Positions 53,940 to 64,000 of a stretch of 64,000 bases of DNA are shown in pieces. Within the stretch, counting starts at the first letter, position 1; each line of letters opens with the position of its first letter. A model generated the notes under the pieces. That model was not told where the DNA came from and did no database searches. It saw only the letters and a list, made by a program, of their open reading frames with translations. The translations under genes were made by a program, and so were the position numbers. The DNA is from Squalus acanthias (Eukaryota), in NCBI GenBank assembly GCA_030390025.1, contig CM059431.1, forward strand, positions 102,054,001 to 102,118,000, written 5' to 3'.

Positions 53940-54654
53940 AAAGTCTCTGAAGATCTCAGGAGAATTGTTGGTGTTTCCCCGAAGTGAAGGGAAGACTGTC
54001 AAATAGTTATCCAGCAAAATAAAAAGCTGAAGAACGGTTTGTTGTGAATAATTGCTCGACAGCCTCAACTCACTTTAGGAAATATGATCGGATGATCCTA
54101 ATCAGGTAGAGAACACAGTTATTTATTCAGACTTTTTTCCAATTGAAGGCAATAACATTAGTGGCCAACTTTCCATGATTAATAAGGCAGTACAGCTTCA
54201 TTGTGAACCGATACTCCAGCAAACATTCACCCTCTGTTACTAAGACTTCTTTATTTTGGGCTGTCTCTATACATGTTCAATCACGGCAATCTCATTCAGC
54301 TATTTAATACCACACTGCCTGCTGCCACCCGTTAATGCAGAAACTCTCCATTCCAACTACCTCTGTCGGGCGAAGTTACCAAGCGATTAGATGCCGTTTA
54401 AACTGACTGGGATCTTTTTTTTTGTTTAAATAGATAGAGGCTTCTCAATTACTGTCAAAGGGGTGCGTCCCTGCCTTAAAACGTGATTAACCTTCCTCTT
54501 GTATGTTGGGGTGTTGCTGGCTGTTGTATGTACAAACTGAACCAGCTCCTTGGCTTTACGTTTGATGATGGGAACCTTCTCACTTGGATGATCATTATTT
54601 GCTTACTTAAGGTATTTGCAGTCATGAAACTATTAATTAAAAAAAACACACAAC

Positions 54655-55031
54655 TAAGAGCATAAGAACATAAGAATTAGGAGCAGGAGTCGGCCATACG
54701 GCCCCTCGAGCCTGCTCCGCTATTCAATAAGATCCTGGCTGATCATCGACCTCAACTCCACTTTCCCGCCCGATCCCCAGATCCCTCGATTCCCCTAGAG
54801 TCCAAAAATCTATCGATCTCAGCCTTGAATATATTCAAAGACTCAGCCTCCACAGCCCTCTGGGGCAGAGAATTCCAAAGATTCACAACCCTTTGAGTGA
54901 AGAAATTTCTCCTCATCTCGGTCTTAAATGGCCGACCCCTTATCCTGAGACTATGACCCCTAGTTCTAGACACTCCAGCCAGGGGAAACAACCTCTCAGC
55001 ATCTACCCTGTCAATCCCCTTCAGAATCTTG
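54655..55031 (-). mobile_element. CR1-type LINE 3' fragment
   Basis: Minus ORF FPLAGVSRTRGHSLRIRGRPFKTEMRRNFFTQRVVNLWNSLPQRAVEA; (CATAAGAA)n tail. Confidence 0.9.
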
Positions 55032-55654
55032 TAAAGTTAGAGATAACTCCTAAACGTGTCCCACTAAGCTTTATTTACAAGCGAATCACAAAATATCTCA
55101 TTATACATACTTATTTTTCATTATTTTTCATTCGATACACCACACATACTTTTAATCCTAGCTCCTTTGCACATAATCTTTTCTACATTGTTGATGTATC
55201 CAGTCCTATTTTGTTTCTTGATATGCAGTTAGTTCCGCTTCAATTTACTTGGGTTTAGAACGCTAGAATTATATTCTTGTTCTGGCTCACTCAACTGGAT
55301 TCAAGTTACAGAAACACAGTCATCCTTTCTGGTTGAGATTCCACTTGGCCCTCAAATGGCATAGTTTGCAATTTCTCGCTTACATTTTTCATTTATTTTC
55401 CCCCCATGTTTGGAACTGTGAAGTTGACCTTTTTGGTTTAAAGACTTGACCGATAGTTCCAATGATGGCTCAGACTTTCCAGTGTAGAACTGCGCCATTG
55501 CAGACTAGAAGATCCCAAGCTTTGCCAAGTAAACTAATCTCAATCAGGGTAGCTACAAACTGGACCTGGTGCGCCTGGGCTGGGGAGGGGCAAATACTAA
55601 CCCGGGATCCCATTTCCCATCGCCATCCAGTGACTGCCACTGGAATGTGTTAGA

Positions 55655-56000
55655 TAGAAATTACAGCACAGAAACAGGCCATTCGGCCCAACTGGCCCAT
55701 GCCAGTGTTTATGCTCCACACCAGCCTCCTCCCACCCCTCTTCATCTCACCCTATCAGCATATCCTTCTATTCCTTTCTCCCTCATGTGCTTATCTAGCT
55801 TCCCCTTAAATGTATCTATACTATTCGCCTCAACCACTCCCTGTGGGAGCGAGTTCCACATTCTCACCACCCTCTGGGTAAAGAAGTTTCTCCTGAATTC
55901 CCTATTGGATTTATTAGTGACTGTCTTATATTGATGGCCCCTAAGTCTGGTCTCCCCCACAAGTGGAAACATCCTCTCTACGTCTACCCTATCAAACCTA
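55655..56000 (-). mobile_element. CR1-type LINE 3' fragment
   Basis: Minus ORF DRVDVERMFPLVGE..RRNFFTQRVVRMWNSLPQGVVEAN. Confidence 0.88.
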
Positions 56001-56377
56001 TCTGTACATGCATAGACATCAGATGACACCTTTCCTATTGAACTACCGATGGGTATTATTTTGCCAGTATTTAAATAATGTGAACCTATTTAATTGACAG
56101 GCACTTTAAAGGGGCAATACTGTCATAATAAATTTTCATGTGAGACACCCCACAGAAAATGACAAGAAATTTAAATCTGTGAAAGAGCAATTTCATTGCA
56201 TTGAATTTGGGACTACAGCCAAGAGCTGAACAAGGTTTGTATTACTGTGAATCGGTTATGATTTGACAACAACACTAAACTTGCATACTTTAAATCCAGC
56301 AGATAGGCCTAACTGGAGTCTAGAGTCCAGAGCACTTTGTGTAAGGTCAGGGCAGGCCCCGATTCTGGATTCTGGAT

Positions 56378-57113
56378 TCAGGTTGCCAACTCCCCCGGAT
56401 TGCCCTGGAGTCTTCAGGAATTGAAGATTAATCTTCAGGACTTACTGCTACCAGCAACAACCCGGGAGAAAAATCACAGGGGTAATAAAAAAAATTGTGG
56501 GTTTAAAAAAAAAATTCTATGAACACTTTTGTTTACTCATTATAAAGACATTGGACATCTGGGGAAAAAAGACTGTTTGACTGTCAGTCAAGAATCATCT
56601 AATCGGGTGATGAAGATGCACTGCAGCAACTTGCCAAGGCTTCTTCAGCAGCACCTCCCAAACCCACGACCTCTTCCACCTAGAAGGGCAAGGGCAGCAG
56701 GCGCATGGGAACACCACCACCTCCAAGTTCCCCTCCAAGTCACACACCATCCTGACTTAGAATTATATCGCCGATCCTTCATCGTCGCTGGGTCAAAATC
56801 CTGGAACTCCCTCCCTAACAGCACTGTGGGAGCACCTTCACCACACGGACTGCAGTGGTTCAAGAAGGCGGCTCACCACCACCTTCTCAAGGGCAACTAG
56901 GGATGGGCAATAAATGCTGGCCTTGCCAGCGACGCCCACATCCCGAGAATGAATTAAAACATTTTTTTTATAAATTCACTTTCCGATTGGTGTGGTCAGG
57001 CCATGAGGATGGACGTGTCGGGCCAGCAAAGGTTGGGAGTCGGGGGGCGGGGGGGGCAGGAGGTCATGTGATGAAACCTCCAGGAATATGCCCAAGCAGA
57101 GTTGGCGACCCTA
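56378..57113. mobile_element. hAT-like non-autonomous element interrupted by a LINE 3' fragment
   Basis: CAGGTTGCCAAC ... GAGTTGGCGACCCTA; internal similarity to the 52902 and 59229 copies. Confidence 0.72.
56611..56960 (+). mobile_element. 3' fragment of the second CR1-group LINE family, nested in the hAT-like element
   Basis: KMHCSNLPRLLQQHLP..SFIVAGSKSWNSLPNSTVG..FKKAAHHHLLKGN*; tail GGGCAATAAATGCTGGCCTTGCCAGCGACGCCCACATCCC. Confidence 0.8.
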
Positions 57114-57183
57114 CCCGGGATTAAGGCTGAAGCTTCAATGATGAGGCAGAACCACGTCACACGTACGCTACAATTACAGCTGT

Positions 57184-57410
57184 AAATTCTTTGGAATTCT
57201 CTACCCCAGAGGGCTGTGGAAGCTCAGTCATTGCGTATATTCAAGACAGAGGTCGATACATTTTTGGGAATGAAGCGAATCAAGGGATATGGCGATCGGG
57301 CGGGAAGGTGGAGTTGAGGTAGAAGATCAGCCATGATCTTATTGAATGGCGGAGCAGGCTCGAGGGGCCGAATGGCCGACTCCTGCTCCTATTACTTATG
57401 TTCTTATGTA
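57184..57410 (+). mobile_element. CR1-type LINE 3' tail
   Basis: CTTTGGAATTCTCTACCCCAGAGGGCTGTGGA ... CTCCTGCTCCTATTACTTATGTTCTTATG. Confidence 0.85.
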
Positions 57411-57675
57411 AAAGTCTTAAGTACAAGTTTGAACACTGAACCACACTGGGAGTTCCTGTTTTTTCAGCCGTACGGTCAGTGGGAAGCAAGTGAATGGAGG
57501 CCAGGCGTTTCCATATAGCATGGAAGGAGAAAGATTAACCTTTCTCGTTAAACTCCCAGTGTCACTAGCAGTAAGTCACCTTATTGGCAGGAAATTGTGA
57601 GCGTCAAGGAGACAGCTGATAAAGGAGGATGGGAGTGAATACAAAAGGAAAAAATATATACTGTTCCACTGGGAC

Positions 57676-58085
57676 CGTTCTCCTTAGAGCAGGGAAGGTT
57701 AAGGGGAGATTTAATCGAGATGTTCAAAATTATGAAGGGTTTTGATAGAGAAGATGGGGAGAAACTGTTTCCAGTGGCAGGAGGGTGGGTAACCAGAGGA
57801 CACAGATTTAAGGTGATTGGCAAAAGAACCAGAGGGGAGATGAGGAGAATTTTTTTTACGCAGCGAGTTGTTGTGATCTGGAATGCGCTGCCTGAAAGGG
57901 CGGTGGAAGCAGATTCAATAGTAACTTTCAAAAGGGGAATTGGATAAATACTAGAAAAGGAAAAATTTGCAGGGCTGCGGGGAAAGAGCAGGGGGAGTGG
58001 GACTAATTGGAGAGCTCTTTCAAAGAGCCGGCACAGGCACGATGGGCCAAATGGCCTCATTCTGTGTCATATCATTCTATGATTT
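57676..58085 (+). mobile_element. CR1-type LINE 3' fragment (third subfamily)
   Basis: ORF FKIMKGFDREDGEKLFPVA..RGHRFKVIGKR..FFTQRVVVIWNALPERAVEA. Confidence 0.87.
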
Positions 58086-58129
58086 CACAACATCTACCTA
58101 AAGGAAACTAAACGAAAAAAGTTTTCAAC

Positions 58130-58330
58130 TTTTTTTTTTATTCGTTCCTGGGATCTGGGCGTCGCTGGCAAGGCCAGCATTTATTGCCCATCCCGAGTTG
58201 CCCTTGAGAAGGTGGTGGTGAGCCGCCTTCTTGAACCGCTGCAGTCTGTGTGGTGAAGGTGCTCCCACAGTGCTGTTAGGGAGGGAGTTCCAGGATTTTG
58301 ACCCAGCGACGATGAAGGAACGGCGATATG
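58130..58330 (-). mobile_element. 3' end of the second CR1-group LINE family
   Basis: Reverse complement of ~56765-56955; RSFIVAGSKSWNSLPNSTVG. Confidence 0.8.
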
Positions 58331-59228
58331 TTGTTCCATCACAGAAAATATGTTGTTTGCCAGAAGTCAGCCAAGCAGTGGAATACATGTCCAGCTTTCT
58401 CATTTAAGATACTGGAAGTCCACATATTGTGGTATGTTAGTTTAAATACGTCTGTACTGCGTAATAGGGCACATAACATTTAAAAATTTCACATTACTGC
58501 AATTTGTAACCACTATAAGTTGAAGTGTTAATCATGTTTGTAGAAATAATTCAAACTGACCCAGAAAAATATAATATATTGATTTTTGAATGAGGAGAAG
58601 TGTCACGTTCTCAAGTCAGTGCGATTCCTCGTGTAACTTACGGCTTTAGCTTGCAGTCAGGCAGGTAAGTTATTACGGATTTCAGAAAAACGGTATCATA
58701 GTCCACAGAATAAAATGCTCTTTTCACTTAATGAGGCGCAACTAAATTTTAATTCCTTGTATGTCCGTGGACAGATATCCTGCCTCGTGCTCAAGCCCAC
58801 AAATAATTAGACAATTTAAATTCAGCCTGACGATGTAATTCAGCCTTGTTTTGACAGGACCAACTATTACGCCAAGCATCACAAAGCTAGCAAAGCAAAG
58901 GTTTCGCAATTTAAGTACTGCCCTTGTTTGCTAAAAACTTGGGTAGCTGGTCAGCTTATTTTATTTTTTTCGTACTGTTACCTCGATAATCCTGAAGTAA
59001 TCATAAAAGGAGAGACTCTGCATTCGATACCAGCAGACATGAGATATGGCAACAGGCCGTTGATTACAGATCAGTCCAGAGAGGAGTGAGGCAGAGTCAC
59101 AAACAGTGGAGACTTCTTCCCATCACACCAGCAAGGCAACAAGAACAAAGGGAGAGAAGACAGAGACAGACTGTAAAACGATGCAGGGAGTAAAGGAAGG
59201 ACGAACAGCTTCGTAAATGAGTTGCACG

Positions 59229-59634
59229 TAGGGTTGCCAACCCTCCGGGGTTCGCCCTGGAGTCTCCAGGAACTGAAGGTTGATCTCCGGGGACACTGCG
59301 GGGAGCAAAAACCCGGGAGAGAAATCATCGGGACGTTAAAAGGACAGTGTTTTTTTTTAATGTTTCTGTGAACACTTTCACTTGTTAGTTTTATTTAAAA
59401 AAAACATTGGAGATGGGGCGGGGATAAAAAGGGCTGTTTGATTGAAATTGAGAACCATCCAATTGGGTAATGAAGAATCTGCTCGCTCTTTTACAATTGG
59501 CCGTGGGAAGGCGGAACGCCGCGAGCAAGGACCTGTTGGCCAACCAATGGCTGGGGGGGGGGGGGGGGCGGGGCGGTGTGAAGTCAGTGCGATGAAACTT
59601 CCAGGAATATGGCCAACCAGAGTTGGCAACCCCA
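59229..59634. mobile_element. Non-autonomous hAT-like DNA transposon, longest uninterrupted copy
   Basis: TAGGGTTGCCAACCCT ... AGAGTTGGCAACCCCA, flanked by GTTGCACG / GCTGCACA (8-bp TSD, 6/8 match). Confidence 0.8.
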
Positions 59635-59887
59635 GCTGCACACAAATATGTCCATCTGTGCAGCAAGAACAAGGGTTAGATCTTGACAGGATGCCTGGAA
59701 AATAAAAATGCTTTAAAAAGGGAGCCAAACCAATTTTATTTTAAGGATTTATTACGAGAATCTGTGCAATTCTTTTTTTTAAAAAAAGCCAATGCCAGCG
59801 TGCCCGTTTTGTTAATTATTATTGGAGTGGCACATGGTTGCCAGATCTGTGATATGCACAAGGCTCGATATTACTGTCAACACAGAG

Positions 59888-60270
59888 CGTACAGCACAGA
59901 AACAGGCCATTCGGCCCAACCGGTCCGTGCCGGTGTTTCTGCTCCACACGAGCCTCCTCCCACCCCTCTTCATCTCACCCTATCAGCATCTCCTTCTATT
60001 CCTTTCTCCCTCATGTCTAGCTTCCCCTTAAATGCAACTCTGCTATTGGCCTCAACCACTCCCTGTGGCAGCGAGTTCCACATTCTCCCCACTCTCTGGG
60101 TGAAAGAAGTTTCTCCTGAATTCCCTATTGGATTTATTAGTGACTATCTTATATTGATGGCCCCTAGTTCTGGTCTCCCCCACAAGTGGAAACACCTTCT
60201 CTACGTCTACCCTATCGAACCCCGGCATAATTTTAAAAGACCTCCATCAGGTCACCCCTCAGCCCTCTAC
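59888..60270 (-). mobile_element. CR1-type LINE 3' fragment
   Basis: Similar to 55655-56000 and 30322-30685. Confidence 0.87.
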
Positions 60271-61841
60271 ATCAGCAAAGGAATACCTGACGCATTCCTT
60301 TAGCCGTCATTTTAAATGGGTTAATGTCGCCATTGAAATAGCGGATCAGAGGAATGTGAAAAGGATGTCTTAAACGTTGCCTCTGTTGAAAGAGTAATTT
60401 CCAGCCTCTGATCACGACAGGCAGCAGGAATGCCCAAGATATTGCTTTAATACCCATTCGGACACAGAAGGGTTATATTTAAAGGGAGGGTCATCCACGA
60501 ACTCAGAGTCTGTCCCGACATTGTTGACCTAAGAAAGTTGCCCTGGCAATCATCTAGCTTAAAGAAGAATGTTTGGACCAGATGAATCAGAAACAAATGG
60601 AGAAACATTCAGAATAATTAAATAGGGAATAAGTCGTTTTGCAACTCATTAATTTATCAGTCGGTTTGGTTACAACCTTAGATTAAACTAGCCTGTAAGT
60701 AGCATGTTCTCAGTTTAAAGAATAAGTCGTGTTATTCTTAAAATAACATTGGTTTAGCCCAGAGAAGAACAGAAACAGGTGTGGTGAAATACTGTGGAGG
60801 AGGTGCCATGATATCAGAGAGTGCAGTTTCAGACATTTGGCAGAGAGAATTACTTTGCTAATGTGTGGGAAGAACAAATAAAATGTGACACAAAGGACAT
60901 ACACCAGTGTGTTTCCAGAAAGCAGGAGACGGTTTTCCCAAAGAAGGGAAAACAAGTTAAGTGATTATAAGTTACGACTTGAATTCCACAAAAACCAGGA
61001 TTCTTCAGACAGGCAGAGAGACAAGGGAGTTCTTCCAACTAATTCATTATTCCCAGTGCTGTTTTCATTTGGTCCCTGGGACATTAGTTATTGGAGTTGG
61101 GCACAGTGGATTAGGAAATGACTTTACATTGGCATTTAAACAAAAACAGCTCAAGTATATTGGATGCATTCTTGCCTCACATCCAAATTTTGGAGTTTAC
61201 CCAAAATGGTAAAAAAAAAATGCTCTAAACGCTTAATTTTAGCCTCCGCTCCCTCTACACACATTTAAGTCCCAACAGTATTGGGCAACTGACATTATTA
61301 GTACTTAGCAAGTTGAAAACCACATCATAACATATATCCACTGTTATTTTACTTACAATCCAAATTAATTTGCTGTTTTAATTTATTTTTTTCCAAATCT
61401 GCCCTGATTATTTTAAAACTCCCCAAGCTCTGTGTCACACTGAATCCTGGCAATAAAGTATATTTTCAATTTAAGTTAAAACTGCAAACTTTGAAAATTC
61501 TGACAAGTAACAGACCTATCAGCAGTGCTGTGTTTTTCTAAAGTTTGAAATCTTATATATGGACCTTCAACTCAACTGACAACGTTTATGTCGTCGCTCT
61601 TCATGTATCATGAGTTGATTGCGTGCCACACTCCTTGCGTCGCCTGGTCAACCCAGGACATCATTAGCCCGAGGAGACAATTAGCACAAAGCGAAAGGAG
61701 ACATCACGATACAAAGTTTAGGTTCAAGATCTTGAGCACACAATGGCCGGGAAATTTCTCCGAGCTGCTCCCACTCCACCAGCATCACTTCGGTGGAATT
61801 GCGGTGTAAACAGGATGAACGACAGCAGCTCCGAGGAATTT

Positions 61842-62750
61842 CACAGAATCATACAGCAACAGAAGGAGGCCGTTCGGCCCATCCTGTCTGTGCTGGCTCT
61901 TTGGTAGAGCTATCCAATTAGTCCTGCTCTTTCCCCATAGGGCCCTGTACCTTTTTCCTTATCAAGTATTTATCCAATTCCCTTTTGAAAGTTACCATTG
62001 AATCTGCTTAAACTACGTAAACTTGAGGTCATCCAAAACTCGGCTGCCCGTGTCCTAACTCGCACCAAGTCCCGTTCGCCCATCACCCCTGTGCTCGCTG
62101 ACCTACATTGACTCCCAGTTAAGCAACGCCTCGATTTCAAAATTCTCATCCTTGTTTTGAAATCCCTCCATGTCCTCGCCCCTCCCTATCTCTGTAATCT
62201 CCTTCAGCCCCACAACCTCCCCACGAGATATCTGCGCTCCTCTAATTCTGTCCTCTTGAGCATCCCTGATTATAATCGTTCAACCTTTGGTGGCCGTGCC
62301 TTCTGCTGCCTAGGCTCTAAGCTCTGGAATTCCCTGCCTAAACCTCTCCGCCTCTCTACCTCTCTTTCCTCCTTTAAGACGCTCCTTAAAACCTACCTCT
62401 TTGACCAAGCTTTTGGTCACCTGCCCTAATTTATCCTTATGTGGCTCGATGTCAAATTTTTTGTCTTAAAATACTCCTGTGCAGTGCCTTGGGACGTTTT
62501 ACTATGTTAAAGGCGCTATATAAATACAAGTTGTTGTTGTTGCTGCTTCCAGCACCCTTTCAGGCAGTGAATTCCAGATCACAACAACTCGCTGCGTAAA
62601 AAAATTCTCCTCATCTCCTCCTCTGGTTCTTTTGCCAATTACCTTCAATCCGTGTCCTCTGGTTACCGACCCTCCTGCCAATTGGAAACAGTGTCTCCCT
62701 ATCCACTCCATCAAAACCCCTCATAATTTTTGAACGGCTCTTATTAAATT
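61842..62750 (-). mobile_element. CR1-type LINE 3' fragment (third subfamily) split by an L2 insertion
   Basis: 61842-62009 and ~62543-62750 join into the reverse complement of the 57676-58085 family. Confidence 0.8.
62011..62542 (+). mobile_element. L2-type LINE 3' fragment with (GTT)n tail, nested in CR1
   Basis: Highly similar to 26927-27482; CTGCTT on both sides. Confidence 0.88.
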
Positions 62751-62932
62751 GAATTTCCTGCCCAGTGTTTTGCCCTGGAACTCATTGCTTGTCAGAATTT
62801 TGAAAGCACGGAGTTGGACACAAGATTTATTTTAACGGCCATGGAATTCATTGACATTTGTCTTTAAATCTGCACGTGTGTCACATTGTCAAGAGATTCA
62901 GATGTACACTTTTATCTTGAGATGGCTTGTAC

Positions 62933-63096
62933 CTCCACAGCAATACTATAATCCACCATTGAAACACTGGTGTTTCTGTGCCAGCAGACGTGCATTGTGG
63001 TATTGCCACGATGGGGCGATTGTCTCTCAAGCGATGTCCTTGAGGCACTTAGATCATCTTCAGATTCCTGCTCTACAGATGTCTCATCGGACGACT
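62933..63096 (-). CDS. FARP1: FARP1 coding exon (linker before second PH domain): SSDETSVEQESEDDLSASRTSLERQSPHRGNTTMHVCWHRNTSVSMVDYSIAVE
   Basis: TTCTTTAG acceptor and GAG|GTACAA donor; 164 nt; phase 0 join to NQLSG; matches recalled FARP1 ESEDDLSASRTSLERQAPHRGNTMVHVCWHRNTSVSMVDFSIAVE. Confidence 0.95.
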
Positions 63097-63518
63097 CTAA
63101 AGAATTGATTGAAAAGTCCTTTAAAAATTCACAATAATCCAGGGACATTGTCAACCTCTAGGCAAACTTCCGTCTAAATCAACGAGAGACATTAAGATCA
63201 GGAAAAAAAAAAAACGGTTAAAGGATCTTGGAGACACATCATCGCAAAAACGTAAAATTCAAGAGGGAGATGCAGCTGCCGGGTTTGGTCAGCTACAGCG
63301 TGAGCAAAGATATCCTGGCGTTCGGAGTCCATCGGTAGCTTTCGATTGCACCTAGATTTGAGGCTGAAATTTGAAACTAATTGAATGGCTTCAAAGCAGG
63401 AGAATGATCCTTTATTTAAAAAAAAATGAAATTTGAATTATTAAAAAGCAGAACTATTTTAACAAACCGCATAACTATCTATGTGGTGTTAAATAAACAT
63501 GTGGCGGGGTTGGGGGTC

Positions 63519-63672
63519 AAGATATATAGATTTTTGAATATTAAGGGAATCAAGGAATATGGGGATAGGGCGGGAAAGTGGAGTTGAGGTAGAAGATCAG
63601 CCGTGATCTCACTGAATGGCGGAGCAGGCTCGAGGGGCTGAATGGCCTCCTCCTGTTCCTGTGTTCCTAACA
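63519..63672 (+). mobile_element. CR1-type LINE 3' tail
   Basis: AAGGGAATCAAGG.ATATGGGGAT.GGGCGGGAAAGTGGAGTTGAGG..CTCCTGTTCCTGTGTTCCT. Confidence 0.82.
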
Positions 63673-63676
63673 CTAT

Positions 63677-64000
63677 GGCTGGAATATTCCCCGTAAAAAA
63701 AAAGGTGGGTTTGGAGCTTGGGGGCAGTTAAAGTTTTAAAAATGGATTCCTGACCTTGACCCCGCCTCCAATCCGCCCACTTCTGGTTTTACAGGGGGGC
63801 GGGGACAAGGGGCGGGCGACCAACCCGCTCCCAGGGGGCGGGATATCAATTTAAATATTGTAATGAGGCTGCAGGCCTCTTTTTCCCCCCCCGGTCCATT
63901 TTGTGTTTAACTGCCTGTGGACGGATTGCACACAATTCGTGAAACCCGGCAGTTAAGCCGAGGCAGGGACTGCTGCATCCAGGAGGTAAGTGGCTTTAGA
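63677..64000. mobile_element. Start of an unclassified GC-rich interspersed element, truncated by the window end
   Basis: Abrupt GC rise starting GGCTGGAATATTCCC; AATCCGCCC/GGGCGGG inverted motifs; only one end visible. Confidence 0.35.

Overview
Vertebrate (elasmobranch-type, i.e. shark/ray, judged from the HE1/V-SINE, Deu-SINE and CR1/L2 repeat content) genomic DNA containing the 3' ends of two convergent genes. STK24/MST3 is on + (last two coding exons at 24136-24272 and 27784-27820). FARP1 is on - (last four coding exons at 63096-62933, 45482-45375, 42926-42775 and 39612-39531; second PH domain). About half of the window is two intronic tandem arrays. The first is a >=24-kb 25/29-bp satellite that ends ~15 nt from the STK24 splice acceptor, is built from TGATTGAT/TGATTGAC motifs, has kb-scale higher-order duplications and carries a duplicated V-SINE. 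The second is a ~7.2-kb 24-bp minisatellite ~105 nt from a FARP1 acceptor. The remainder is truncated CR1, L2 and other LINE pieces, SINEs, and non-autonomous DNA transposons (hAT-like, Harbinger-like, palindromic MITE). Nearly all long ORFs in the supplied track are artefacts of the tandem repeats. I see no new protein-coding system; the most unusual signals are the exon-abutting satellites and their motif content.
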